NCBI RefSeq assembly: GCF_018977255.1
Contig: NW_024704765.1
Location: 6,820,001-6,884,000 of the forward strand
DNA from: Callorhinchus milii
Taxonomy: Eukaryota
Length of the DNA: 64,000 bases
Reading direction: 5' to 3'
A program made the position numbers and the translations under genes. The notes beneath the pieces are model-generated. The model saw nothing but the letters and a program-made list of their open reading frames with translations, was not told the origin of the DNA and did no database searches. Shown here piece by piece: positions 13,571 through 24,460 of this stretch; the first letter of the stretch is position 1; every line of letters starts with the position of its first letter.

Positions 13571-16500
13571 CTGCCTCAAAAAAAACACAAAGGAACAGTC
13601 AGAGCACCCACTACCCAGTCAAAGGCTACAGACAGACCAGACCGACCGACCCACAGACAGAGGACAGTTAAAAGATGTGCTTCTGGGATTATTGTAAAGT
13701 TCACAGCACTCACGATCTCAGCCTCCTGATCTTCCTGATAGTTTTCCATTCCCTCATCTCCATTTTGTCCTGCTCCTTCATGACCCTGCGTTGCCAAAAA
13801 GAAAAAAAAAAACACGAAAGAAAATAAAAACAGGAACATTCACGTAGGGCCTTTCACATCGAGCTAACGTCTTCGAAGCCACGTAGGGAATACATTAGAA
13901 ATCGACGAAAACCCACAGAGTTCAAACCAAGAACGATTCACAGTGAATTGACTTTGTTGCAGCTTATCCGGGGGAAAGAGCGGGACAGCTGCGAATGCCG
14001 GGAAGGAAATGGCCTTTTTTACTCACCAGGTTTTTTTTTTTTTTTTAAAACCACCTTGATTTGCCGGACATCGAGTTCAGAGACGGACACACGTTCACAC
14101 AAACTTGGCAGTTAACGTGGGAAGCCGAATCCCAGTGCAAATGAACTGGGACTCAGTTAAGACCCGGTGATGGGAGGCGACGGTGGAGCAGGCTCTCTGG
14201 AAGGACCAGGTCAAACAAGCTGCAGGTTCTGCTCACCGCGAGCCCAGGATCTTACACTGACCTTTGGTTCCTGCTTCAGGAAGAGGTCGGGCTCCTTGCC
14301 GGTGTCCAGGGCGCCCTTGGCTGCGAAGCTCGGCTGCTGCTGCTGTTCCGCCTCCTCAAACTCGTCCTCCCCCTGGTTGTTGGGGTCCTGAGCCGGGTCC
14401 TGCTCCGCCCCAGGGATCTGCAAGAGAGAAACCCCAGGAACCAGCCCGGCCGGTGGGAGAGGGGAACGAGGTCAGGCGGCATCGCTCCTCCCTGCCTTCG
14501 CGCCACCTCCTGCCAACTCTCCCACCCACTTCACGTGCCCCACCCGCTCCCCCTCCCCCTCCCCTCCCCGGGTGTTTGACACTTAAATATGGTAATCCCT
14601 CTGCCTCGCTCGCTCGCTCACTATCTCCCTCCCCCCTCTTCATTAATTCGGTCACTCGCTCCACGGACTGTTTGTGGGACGCTGGTGGGCACAATTGGCT
14701 GCCAACAAAATTCACAGTCAATGACTTGCCAGTGTATCCCGCGAAACGCTTTGAGACGTCTCGACGACGTGACGAGGCGCTGTGTCAAATGCCAGGATTA
14801 TAATGATTACTAACAATAATAATAACAACAATAATAATAATCCCGGCGGCGCACGGCATAGTGTGTGTGTGTGCGTGTGCGTGTGCCACAAACAGCCGTG
14901 GGTTGAGTGACGGCATTGTTATTTTACACAGCAGGCAAAGGCAAAGCGGCTCAACTCACAAGGGGTTCCTGCACGATTGACCCTTTCCTGGACCCGAAGT
15001 TTCTCAGCAAAGGTTTCTCGTCTGGTTCGTCCAACTCGTCCTCTGAAAGGCCAGAGCAAAACTGGTTCTGAGTGTGGCTGAGCCCGTGCGAGTGGCAGAA
15101 AGAGGTCTCCGCCACCAACAGGGGGCAGCACTGTCTCACTCTCTCTCTCACTCACTCACTCACACACACACACACACACACAGAGAGCAATGAAGACATT
15201 TGGATTGAAGATTAGGAACTGGCTGAATGGGGCCGAATGCTCTTCGTCCGTGCAGTCGCTTCTCTTCTCTGGGAAGAGTGATGTGTCAAGAAAAGCTGGT
15301 AACACGACACACGGGGGCAGGTTTCTCTCGCCCGGTGACTCGGAGGCGAGAGCGCTACCACTGCGCCAGACTGATACAACAAACAAACAAACAAATAAAT
15401 AAATCAATAAAGACTTTAAATGATGCCAGACCTATATCTAAATCCTCGTCGTCGTCTGACTTCTCCTCCGCGGGCTCTATATTGGCCCACTGGGCGTCCC
15501 TGTCATCTTGGCCTCTCGTTCTCTCCAGGTCCATCAGGTTCTGCCCAGCTTGGCCTCGCCGGCTCACATCATTGATCACTTCATTCCAGCTGTGACACAA
15601 AGAGACACGATGGAGTGGTTCAAACTGCCGGCATCACCCACGGTGACTGCGGCCGAGAGAACATGTCCCACGCGGTGAGAATGCCCCCGGCTCCTCGGAA
15701 CTGCATCCCACAGTCCCCTTCGTCTTGCTCGCTCCCTCCCTCGCCTCCTTCAAAGCACGTCTCAAGACCCTCCTCGTTGACCGCCTGTTCAGCCACCCTC
15801 CCATAACCACCCTCCCTGCCATCCATCTCCCCCAGCCCCCCCGCCCCCACAACCACTGATCCCAACCCCCAGCTCCGGTCCAAATCCCTGACTGTCCAAC
15901 ACCTTGGGACGTCTTCCCGATGTGAAAGGCTCCGTGTAAACGTGTCGTGTGCAGCAGAGGGTACACACCTCTTCAGTTTCCCTCGGTTCTCAGTCTCGCG
16001 ACTGTCTGGCCTCGCGTCACTGACGATAAAGGGCTTCGGCCTCTCTCCGGCCCTTCCCGCCAGCAAGGGACCTTGCGGACTGGCCACATCGAGCGTCTTA
16101 CCCTCCACCACCAGCTCAGGCTTTGTTCCCTGGATTAAATGAGAAGCGAGTTTCGTGAGAACGAGATTCGTTGGAGCTCCCCTCAACTCCCAATTACCAG
16201 TGAATGCAACACACACTCCCTTCGAGGCCTGGTCCATGGCTAATCCACCTCAATACCTTCCTTTTCCATCGTTCCCCACAGTCACCTTTTCTCCCCCAAC
16301 CCAACGCCCCCCACCCCTCTCCGATACCCAAATCCCAACCCGCAGCTCGGGTACAAACCCCCAATTGTCCAGCGCCTTGGGGATGTCCTGCTGACCTGAA
16401 AAGTGCGATGACCAAAAAGTGGTGACACCATTATTAAAAGTCTTAAAGAAAATGATGATTTTTTTTCCAAGATAACAGGGCAGATATCACGACTTTTTGG

Positions 16501-19500
16501 TCACCCGTAAACGCAATGCAACTTGGTTGTCGTTTGGTATTGTTGGTTACCCCAACCCCAGATTCCCCCCCACTCCCCGGGGCTGGTTACCCTCCCCCTT
16601 CCCCTTCCCCGGGGGCTTGTCTAAGACCAAGACCGCCCCCTCACCCCGGGTGTACAAGCAGCCTCACTGCGAGACGCCACGCTCACTAACTCACCGTGGC
16701 TCCTGGCTGCAGGCTGTTCACCGTCCTGGTGAATCGAACCACACGATTGACGCTCTCCTCCTGAGAGCGCGCCCTGGGCCCGTGCCCGGCCCACCCCGCC
16801 AGGCCTGGACCCTGACCCCGGAACGCCGGATGCTCCGGGGCAATTCCCTGCGGGTTTCCGTCTCCTCGGTCAGGGGGAGCCGGGAATGCCTGCCCTCCAG
16901 GAACCAGCCTGTCCAACGGACGTGCAGTCAATTCCTAGGCAGAGAAGCAGCCGGTGAGAGTGCAGATCCCTGATTCAGTCAAACTGTGTGCGGGCAATTG
17001 GCTTTTGTCGCATTTCGCCCACAAAACACACAGTCACTCCACTTTACCGTGTATCCTGTGAAGCGCTTTGAGACGTCTCAAAGACGTGATAAGGTGCTGT
17101 GTCAAATGCCGGGATTATTATCATCAGATGCAAGGAATAATATTATTGTTTTTATATGCAAAGATTATTATTATTATCATCAAACACAAGGAATAATATT
17201 ATTATCATCAAATGCAAGGATTATTATTATAAACCAGATCAGGCGGCAGCCGGAGAGCTTCTGGTGAGTGCATTTATCAAAGGATTTATTCTGTGTGGAA
17301 GGATTTATTCTATTCCACACACATACCCACAAAAAAACTTCAAGGGTCATCAGCTGGGAAGCAGAGAGGCTCATAGAAGCAATTACATTTACAGAGTCAT
17401 GGAGTTCTCCACTGACCCAGTTAGAGATTTAATACAAACAGGAAAGCCTCCAAACCACTGCTTGTGCTGATTACAGTCCATCCTGTCGGTTTATGTGCAT
17501 AACATCACGCAGCATGTTACAGCAGCTAAATGTGGCGTCAATATCATCTCTAAACGAGAATAAAGTAAGTAGTTTTTCTGCTTGAGCTTGACAGACAATT
17601 GCTGTAGAGCGTAGTGACTGCGTATTGGCCAGTGGAACGCAGTACTAATCACCAGCACAATCTCGGAGGCATCGTTAGCCTGGCTCACCAGGAGAAACTC
17701 CAGCCTCTTACAGAGTAGTGGTAGTGCAATGGGATCACTCACAGGATTGAAACGGAGAAGGCAGTTTACCTGACGAGTAATTTAAAAGGCCGGAACAGAA
17801 TTGCGGAACTACATTTCCAACCGTTTTCATCATCAGAGGAAACCGCGACTGTTTTGTGGGGAGGGGGGGGGGGGGGGTCGCTGCTGTGCGCAATCGGCTG
17901 CCGCGTTTCGCCCACAAAGTACACAGTCGCTCCACTTTACAGCGCGTCCCGTGAAGCGCTTTGAGTTGTCTCGAAGACGTGATCAGGCGCCGGGTCAAAC
18001 GCCAGGATTATTAACATTATTGTTATTAACCGTACCTTCTGCGCTGGGACCTGCCAATGGTTGTTGCCGGGAACCGGGGGCTGCCCTCTCAGGGCCTGGT
18101 TCTCTACCCACGGCATTGCAGCGTTCTGTGTGATCCTCTTGAAGCTTGGCATCTTGTGCAGAGCATCCTTCAGCTGCCTGAACTCCTCCGCCTGGGCCTG
18201 GGACACGACACCAATCACTGCCGTCAAGTCAGTTCTGACCACAGGTCACCCACCCGATACACTAACTCCCTTTCCTCTCTCTCTCCGCAGACGCTGCCTG
18301 ACCTGCTGCCTGTTCCCGGCCACTTCCGCTTTTTTCATTCCCACCCATCAGTAGTTTGGTTTGCTTTGGTTTGTCTTAAGCAACGCGATGGGTTCGGGTT
18401 GCGTTTAATAAGAGTTTGTGGACGGGGACGATCTGCTCGTCTCATCGGTTAATGGCCAGTCCCCGGCTGAGGTTTTATTCACCCGATAGCAATACCCTGA
18501 AGTGACATTTGTACCGTTTCTGGTTTTGCCGCTGTTGGGTCGGGGGGGATCAGGGGATACGGGTCAACGGAGGGTGATTGGAGTTGAGGTACAGATCAGC
18601 CGTGGTCTTATAGAAGGGCGCAACAGGTTCGAGGGGCTGAATGGCTGTTCCCATGTTTCTATGACTGAATATTCACCGACTCCCAACCCCCAGCTCCCAA
18701 CATCACACACAGCTCCCCCCCTCCTCCGGTGTGCAATCAGATTCCCTATTAGTACAAATGTAGGTTTTAATGTTAAATACCAGGTCTCAATCCACTGGTT
18801 GCTAAGTGATGGGAGGCGTCGTAACTCATCATCTACCCGAAACAACTCGTTTTACCGCCTGCGAAAGCCACTGCACGCAACACGGCCACTCGCCTCCGCT
18901 ATGATCACCCCACGCAAGATCACTTCGTTCACAGCTTCCCCTTTAATGCCCCTCACTGCCGTCTGTCAACCCAACACTGCAGAATCACTCACACACACCC
19001 CCACACACACACACAACACCCCCACACACATATGCACAAACCATCCACCCACACACACAAATCCCACACTCTCGCACATGGAACCTTTAACATCCAACTG
19101 AACAGACACAGACTGGTTCCTCAGTTTAACGTCTGATCTGAAGGGCCGCGTCTCTCTCAGCGCTGCCTGGGAGGGTCAGCCTAGACCGCCAGCTCAAAGC
19201 CCCGAAGTAGGGCTCGAACCCACAACTTTCAGACTCGTCGGCAAGAGCGCTGCTGACTTGAGCAGCCAGAATGACACCCGGGTGAGACCCAGGAGCTGGG
19301 AGGCTCGGGTGTGCTGCGGCCCCTCACCCCGGGCTGTACCTCGGATTGCTGTAGCTGTGTGTGGACCTGCTGGTGAGCTCTCCTCAGCTGCTTGCTCTCC
19401 TCCTTCAGGAGGGACACGCTATCTGCGGAGCGAGGATAAGTCGCGTCAGAGGAAGCGAGCGGTCACCGTTCGAAGCTCCTGGGGCCGAACCCGATCTGGA

Positions 19501-22500
19501 AACCGCGTCTGTGCAAAGACCTCTCGAGAAGAAAGGTTATCGAGGCATTCGAGCGCGATTCGATCGGGCGCCTCCCGTGGAGCAAACGTCGCGCCTCAAA
19601 GCGCTTCACGGAGATAATACGTTGCCAAGTGGATTGACCGGGTATTTGGGGGGCAAAGACACGGCAGCCAATTGCGCCCATCGCCCTCCCACAAACCGTC
19701 GTGGATTGAGTGACCACATTTTTGGTTTTCATTTTTTTATGGAGAGGTTATTAACCCCCCCCCCACCACCCTCCCGGGGAAAACCATCCACCAATCGATT
19801 AACAACCGGGTTCCTGCTTATTGCTAGGTAAACACAGGCAGGTGTGGGTGTGTGTGGAGTTAGGAAACTTGCCTAGTGTTTCGCCCTGTCCTAACCCGCC
19901 CGGGAATCGAACCCGGGTCCTCTCGCTCGCGAGGCGCGCGCTCTAACCACTACTCCACCGGACTCGTATGAACGTGCGTTAATAACGAGGCTGCTGAGAA
20001 CCTTGTAAGTGGCTGATCTCGGCTTGCTTCTGCTGCTGGCTCTGCGTGTGATGATCCAGAGCCTTCCTGTGCTCCAGCTTCAGGCTGTTGTGTTGCAGCT
20101 GTAAATCCTGTAGCTGTTTCCTCACGTCATCCTGTTGGCTCTGTGCGAGGCGAGAGAGAGAGAGAGAGAGGGAGAGAGAGGGGGGAGGGAAGGTCAGATT
20201 CCTGGCTCAGCTCAAAGCAGCGGTTTAAACCCCCTCCCCTCTTCCCCGACCCGACCCTGTCCTTCTCCCATCACACACGTGGTTGCGTTTCACTCACAAA
20301 ATACAGTCGCGTTGTGTATCCTGCGAAACGCTTTGAGACGTCTCGAAGACTTGATAACAATGCAAGGAATATTGTTATTATTATTGGGTCCAAATCCCTA
20401 ACTGCCCAGCACTGAGAGTCACCCTCCCGATGCGAAAGGCACGGGGGAAAGGTCACTGTACCTAGTCCTCTCCCCCCTCCTCCTCCCTATTTCCAGGAGA
20501 TGAATAACTTTCCCAGCAGACGAACGCTTCAAAGTGATCCCAGGCTTTATTTAATCTAGGAAATGCCCGACAGGGAATGAATGTCCCGGTCACAGCAACG
20601 ATTGGAACAGATCTGGGCAGTCCTGAGTCTGTCAGTGATGTGTTGACGATGCTTTTTACACTTGCCTTCAGTATCTTGTGTTGTGAGGACAGTGCGCTGT
20701 AGCGGTTCATAGCATCCTGCTGTGGAGAACAGTTCACGTTACATTAAAAAAATAATAATAATAACCCTTGCATTTGACATAGCGCTTTCCACGTCTTCGA
20801 GACGTCTCAAAGCTTCACAGAATAGACCGTAAAGCGAATTGACTCTATTTTTGTGGGCAAAACCCGGCAGCCAATTGCGCACAGCAGCGTCCCCACAAAC
20901 AGTCGTGGACGGAAGTGGCCCAATTATTATTGTTTTCTTTTTCTTGAGGGATTATTATCAGCCGTGTGTGTATGTGTGTGTGTGTGGGTGGGTGGTTGGA
21001 GGAAGGAAACTTGCCCGAGGTTTCGCCCTGACCCACCCGGGAATCGAACCCAGGTCCTCTCGCTTGTCTCTAACCACTGAGGGAGGGGTGGGGGAAATGG
21101 AAGGGTTAAGATGAGGGATGTGGGGTAGACAAAACTTGGGAGCCAATGCTTTAGAATAGACTTTCACATCCGGATTTGCTTTTATTTTACCGGCAAAACA
21201 CTTTATATCGCATTTTACTTTTGGCAACTGTGCTTTTTGTTTTTCTGGCCGGAAAGCGCTCGGAGACTTTCACTTGATGCGAAAGGCACCAGGTAAACGC
21301 CAGTCCGTGTTGTTAATTAAACGGGAGCCGAACTAAGATGGGTTTCAGTTTCGGGGGCTGTAAACATTTTGGGGATTAGTGAACCTCAGGTCAGGAGTGT
21401 AGGGAAGAGGGAACAATAGCTACGGAAAAGTGTCTCCTTACCTTTTCTTTACTCAGAGCTTCCTGGGCTTCCAGCTTATACACCAGAAAATCTACAAATA
21501 AACAAAGACACTTCTGCAGGTTCAGTCTGTAACAATAATAATATATAATCCTTGCATTTGATATCGTGCTTTTTCACGTCTTCTCAACGTCTCAAAGCGC
21601 TTCACAGAATAGACTGTAAAGTGCATCGACCGTATATTTGTGGGCGAAACGCTCTCACTGACCTCCACGGTGACTACTTTTATTAAATTCAACCTGGTCA
21701 CAGCCCTGAGGACAGTTGTCTCTTGTGATCCCACACCCCCCCCCCTCTCGAGACTTGACTCTTTGATCGCCCTTTCGGTCATCGCTCCCACCCCCCCCCA
21801 CCCTCGACAGTCTTTATTAAAAGTTAAATCGTGTCGTGTCTTAAAAGTTCTCTCCGAGACATCAGGTTTTGAGGCTGTTGTTCCTCAGAGCTGTGAGAAC
21901 AGACAAATGGCAGCTGTAAGCCACGGCTTCGCGCGATCTCTCTCTCTCTCTCTCTCTCTCTCACCTTCTTTGGTTTTTTTGTGGTCCCCTCTCTCCTTTT
22001 GTAAAGAGCGTTCCAGCCTCGATCGATGTTCGTACACAACTTGCAAGAGAGGAGACAGGGTTAGGGTTAGACGGTGAACCCACACCGGGCTTCTCTACCT
22101 CTCGCTCTTTCTAAAGCTTTCTGTGACGATAACAACAGCAGCAGCAGCAGCAGCAGCAGAGACGTCTCTGAGCGCTTCGCGGGACACGCTGGGAAGTGGA
22201 GCGACGGTGTGCGTTTGTCAGCGAAACACGATCCTCAAGAGGGAAGGAATTCCTACTTGGAAATGCACACGTCACAGACGGTCAGAAATAGACAAAAAAA
22301 AAAAAACTAAAGTAAACTCTGTCGTTTTGTTCAGCGTTATCTGAAAACTTTTCACCGACCGATCGACCGACCGCAGTAAGGAAAAAGGATCATTCTGTGA
22401 AGCAGACAAAGCCAGATTCCCTCCTGAAGTTTGCTAAATAAACTTTCCTGATCTCCTGGATCCTATTTCTTTTCTCAGTGTTAATTCCCCCCCCGTTCGC

Positions 22501-23664
22501 ATTTCACTTGGGTCTTGAGACGGGGTTAGCTTGTCTGTCTGTGTGTGTGTGTGTGTGTGTGTCCCCCTCACCTTGTGTATCTGTGTGTGTGCCCCCCCCC
22601 CCCCCTGTGTGTCTGTGTGTGTGAGATCCCCCCCCCTGTGTGTGTGTGTGTGTCCCCTGTCTCTGTGTGTCTCTGTGCCCCCCCCCCCACCTTGTCTCTG
22701 TGTGTGTGTGTGTCTCTGTGCCCCCCCCCCTTGTGTGTCTCTGTGTCCTCCCCCCCCTGTGTGTCTCTGTGTCCCCCCCCCTGTGTGTCTCTGTGTCCCC
22801 CCCCCCCTGTGTGTCTCTGTGTCCCCCCCCCTGTGTGTCTCTGTGTGTCCCCCCCTGTGTGTCTCTGTGTGTGTCCCCCCCTGTGTGTGTGTCCCCCCCC
22901 CCCTGTGTGTCTCTGTGTCCCCCCCCCCTGTGTGTCTCTGTGTGTGTCCCCCCCCTGTGTGTGTGTCCCCCCCCCTGTGTGTCTCTGTGTGTGTCCCCCC
23001 CTGTGTGTGTGTCCCCCCCCCCTGTGTGTCTCTGTGTGTCCCCCCCTGTGTGTCTCTGTGTGTGTCCCCCCTGTGTGTGTCCCCCCCCCTGTGTGTCTCT
23101 GTGTGTGTCCCCCCCCTGTGTGTGTCGTCCCCCCTGTGTGTCTCTGTGTCCCCCCCCCTGTGTGTCTCTGTGTCCCCCCCCCTGTGTGTCTCTGTGTCCC
23201 CCCCTGTGTGTCTCTGTGTCCCCCCCCTGTGTGTCTCTGTGTCCCCCCCCCTGTGTGTCTCTGTGTCCCCCCCCCTGTGCCCCCCCCCCCCTGTGTGTGT
23301 GTGTGTGCCCCCCCCTGTGTCTCTGTGCCCCCCCCCCTGTGTCTCTGTGTGTCCGCCCCCCTGTGTCTGTCCCCCCCTGTGTCTGTCCCCCCCCCTGTGT
23401 CTGTCCCCCCCCTGTCTCTGTGTGTGTCCCCCCCCCCTGTGTCTCTGTGTGCCCCCCCCTGTGCCCCCCCCCCCCCTCACCTTGTAGCTGAGCGGACACG
23501 GTCTCCTGTTGCTGTTTGTATTTCTGAGCCAAAACCTCAGCGCTCCTCAGGTTCCCCCTCAGGTCACTGTACATATAAACCCCCAAACCCACTCCCACCA
23601 GAGCCACAGCCACAAACCCCGTCTGCCACAGCCCCCTCTGCCTCCGGCAGCCCCCACCCCCCAT
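13523..23664 (-). CDS. Golgi integral membrane protein 4-like (GPP130 family), whole gene, 14 coding exons, about 554 aa
   Basis: Exons assembled by hand with compatible phases: 23664-23481, 22039-21965, 21491-21442, 20719-20666, 20140-20002, 19422-19340, 18197-18036, 16934-16695, 16129-15969, 15589-15432, 15042-14960, 14417-14262, 13785-13714, 13570-13523 (1665 nt, open frame). Type II TM segment, SAQLQVVYEHRSRLERSLQKER, FLVYKLEAQE, RYSAL..QH.ILK and DPNNQGEDEFEEAEQ are GOLIM4 motifs. Confidence 0.88.
13714..13785 (-). CDS. GOLIM4-like exon 13
   Basis: GHEGAGQNGDEGMENYQEDQEAEI; long T tract before acceptor, GTGAGT donor. Confidence 0.8.
14262..14417 (-). CDS. GOLIM4-like exon 12
   Basis: Contains the conserved DPAQDPNNQGEDEFEEAEQ motif; TTGCAG acceptor, GTCAGT donor. 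Confidence 0.9.
14960..15042 (-). CDS. GOLIM4-like exon 11
   Basis: EDELDEPDEKPLLRNFGSRKGSIVQEPL; TTTCAG acceptor, GTGAGT donor. Confidence 0.72.
15432..15589 (-). CDS. GOLIM4-like exon 10
   Basis: SWNEVINDVSRR...EEKSDDDEDLDI; acidic; TCACAG acceptor. Confidence 0.75.
15969..16129 (-). CDS. GOLIM4-like exon 9
   Basis: GTKPELVVEG...ENRGKLK; phase-2 donor matches the next exon. Confidence 0.65.
16695..16934 (-). CDS. GOLIM4-like exon 8
   Basis: Open 240-nt segment between a CCTAG acceptor and a GTGAGT donor; ends VVRFTRTVNSLQPGAT. Confidence 0.7.
18036..18197 (-). CDS. GOLIM4-like exon 7
   Basis: AQAEEFRQLKDALHKMPSFK..., resembles GOLIM4 TQVAEYKQLKDTLNRIPSLR; donor GTACGG. Confidence 0.82.
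19340..19422 (-). CDS. GOLIM4-like exon 6
   Basis: DSVSLLKEESKQLRRAHQQVHTQLQQSE; 83 nt; AG/GT boundaries. Confidence 0.88.
19585..19965 (-). mobile_element. Same SINE family, near full length, reverse orientation
   Basis: Reverse tRNA head GGGAATCGAACCCGGGTCCTCTCGC...CTAACCACT plus body. Confidence 0.85.
20002..20140 (-). CDS. GOLIM4-like exon 5
   Basis: SQQDDVRKQLQDLQLQHNSLKLEHRKALDHHTQSQQQKQAEISHLQ; coiled coil; phases fit. Confidence 0.85.
20666..20719 (-). CDS. GOLIM4-like exon 4 (GC donor)
   Basis: QDAMNRYSALSSQHKILK; CACAG|CAG acceptor, AAG|GCAAGT donor; 54 nt. Confidence 0.88.
20753..21078 (-). mobile_element. Same SINE family, reverse orientation
   Basis: (AAT)n tail, body and head remnant. 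Confidence 0.85.
21442..21491 (-). CDS. GOLIM4-like exon 3
   Basis: DFLVYKLEAQEALSKEK; TTGTAG acceptor, GTAAGG donor; 50 nt. Confidence 0.92.
21965..22039 (-). CDS. GOLIM4-like exon 2
   Basis: VVYEHRSRLERSLQKERGDHKKTKE; AG/GT boundaries; 75 nt. Confidence 0.92.
22535..23478. repeat. Minisatellite (C-run followed by TGTGTGTCTCTGTGT) in GOLIM4-like intron 1
   Basis: Tandem units of about 20-24 nt; source of the spurious long C/V/P-rich ORFs. Confidence 0.97.
23481..23664 (-). CDS. GOLIM4-like coding exon 1 (cytoplasmic tail, TM, start of coiled coil)
   Basis: MGGGGCRRQRGLWQTGFVAVALVGVGLGVYMYSDLRGNLRSAEVLAQKYKQQQETVSAQLQ; donor GTGAG at 23480. Confidence 0.88.
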
Positions 23665-24075
23665 CGCCAGACAGCCCCCAGACAGCCCCCACCCCACAGC
23701 CAGACAGTCACCAGACAGCCCCACCCCACACAGACAGCCCCCACCCCACAGCCAGACAGCCCCCACCCCACAGCCAGACAGTCACCAGACAGCCCCCAGA
23801 CAGCCCCCACCCCACAGCCAGACAGCCACCAGACAGCCCCCACCCCACAGCCAGACAGCCACCACCCCCACAGCCCCCACCCCACAGCCAGACAGTCACC
23901 ACCCCCACAGCCCCCACCCCCCACAGCCAGACAGCCACCAGACAGCCCCCACCCCCACAGCCCCCACCCCCCACAGCCAGACAGTCACCAGACAGCCCCC
24001 ACCCCACAGCCCCCACCCCCACAGCCAGACAGCCCCCACCCCACAGCCAGACAGCCACCAGACAGTCACCAGCAA
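23650..24075. repeat. Minisatellite (CAGACAGCCCCCACCCCACAGC-like) abutting the GOLIM4-like ATG
   Basis: Tandem degenerate units of about 11 and 22 nt. Confidence 0.95.
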
Positions 24076-24104
24076 TCACCCCCCGAGGCTGAGGCTGGAG
24101 TTAT

Positions 24105-24460
24105 CTTCCCCTCCTCTCTCTCTCTCCCTCACTCCCTCCTCACTCTCCCCCTCTCTCCCCCTCCTCTCTCTCTCCCTCTCCTCTCTCTCTCCCCCTCCTA
24201 CTCACTCTCCCCCTCTTCTCTCCCTCCTACTCACTTTCCCCCTCCTCCTCACTCTCTTCCTCCTCACTCTCCCCCTCCTGTCTCCCTCTTCTCTCTCCCT
24301 CCTCTCACTTTCCTCCTCCTCTCTCTCCCTCCTACTCTCCTCTCTCTCTCTCCCTCCTTCCTACTTCCCCCCTTTGCTCTCCCTTTCCTCCCCCTCCTCT
24401 CACTCCTTCCCTCCCTCCCTCCTCTCTCTTACTCACTCACTCATCACTCCCTCCTCCCTC
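24105..24460. repeat. Polypyrimidine (CT-rich) low-complexity tract
   Basis: Almost pure C/T on the plus strand. Confidence 0.9.

Noticed and set aside
15200-15270. Possible extra GOLIM4-like exon (EKRSDCTDEEHSAP) after a CTCTTCCCAG acceptor
   Set aside because: No phase-compatible donor was found, and exons 10 and 11 join in frame without it.
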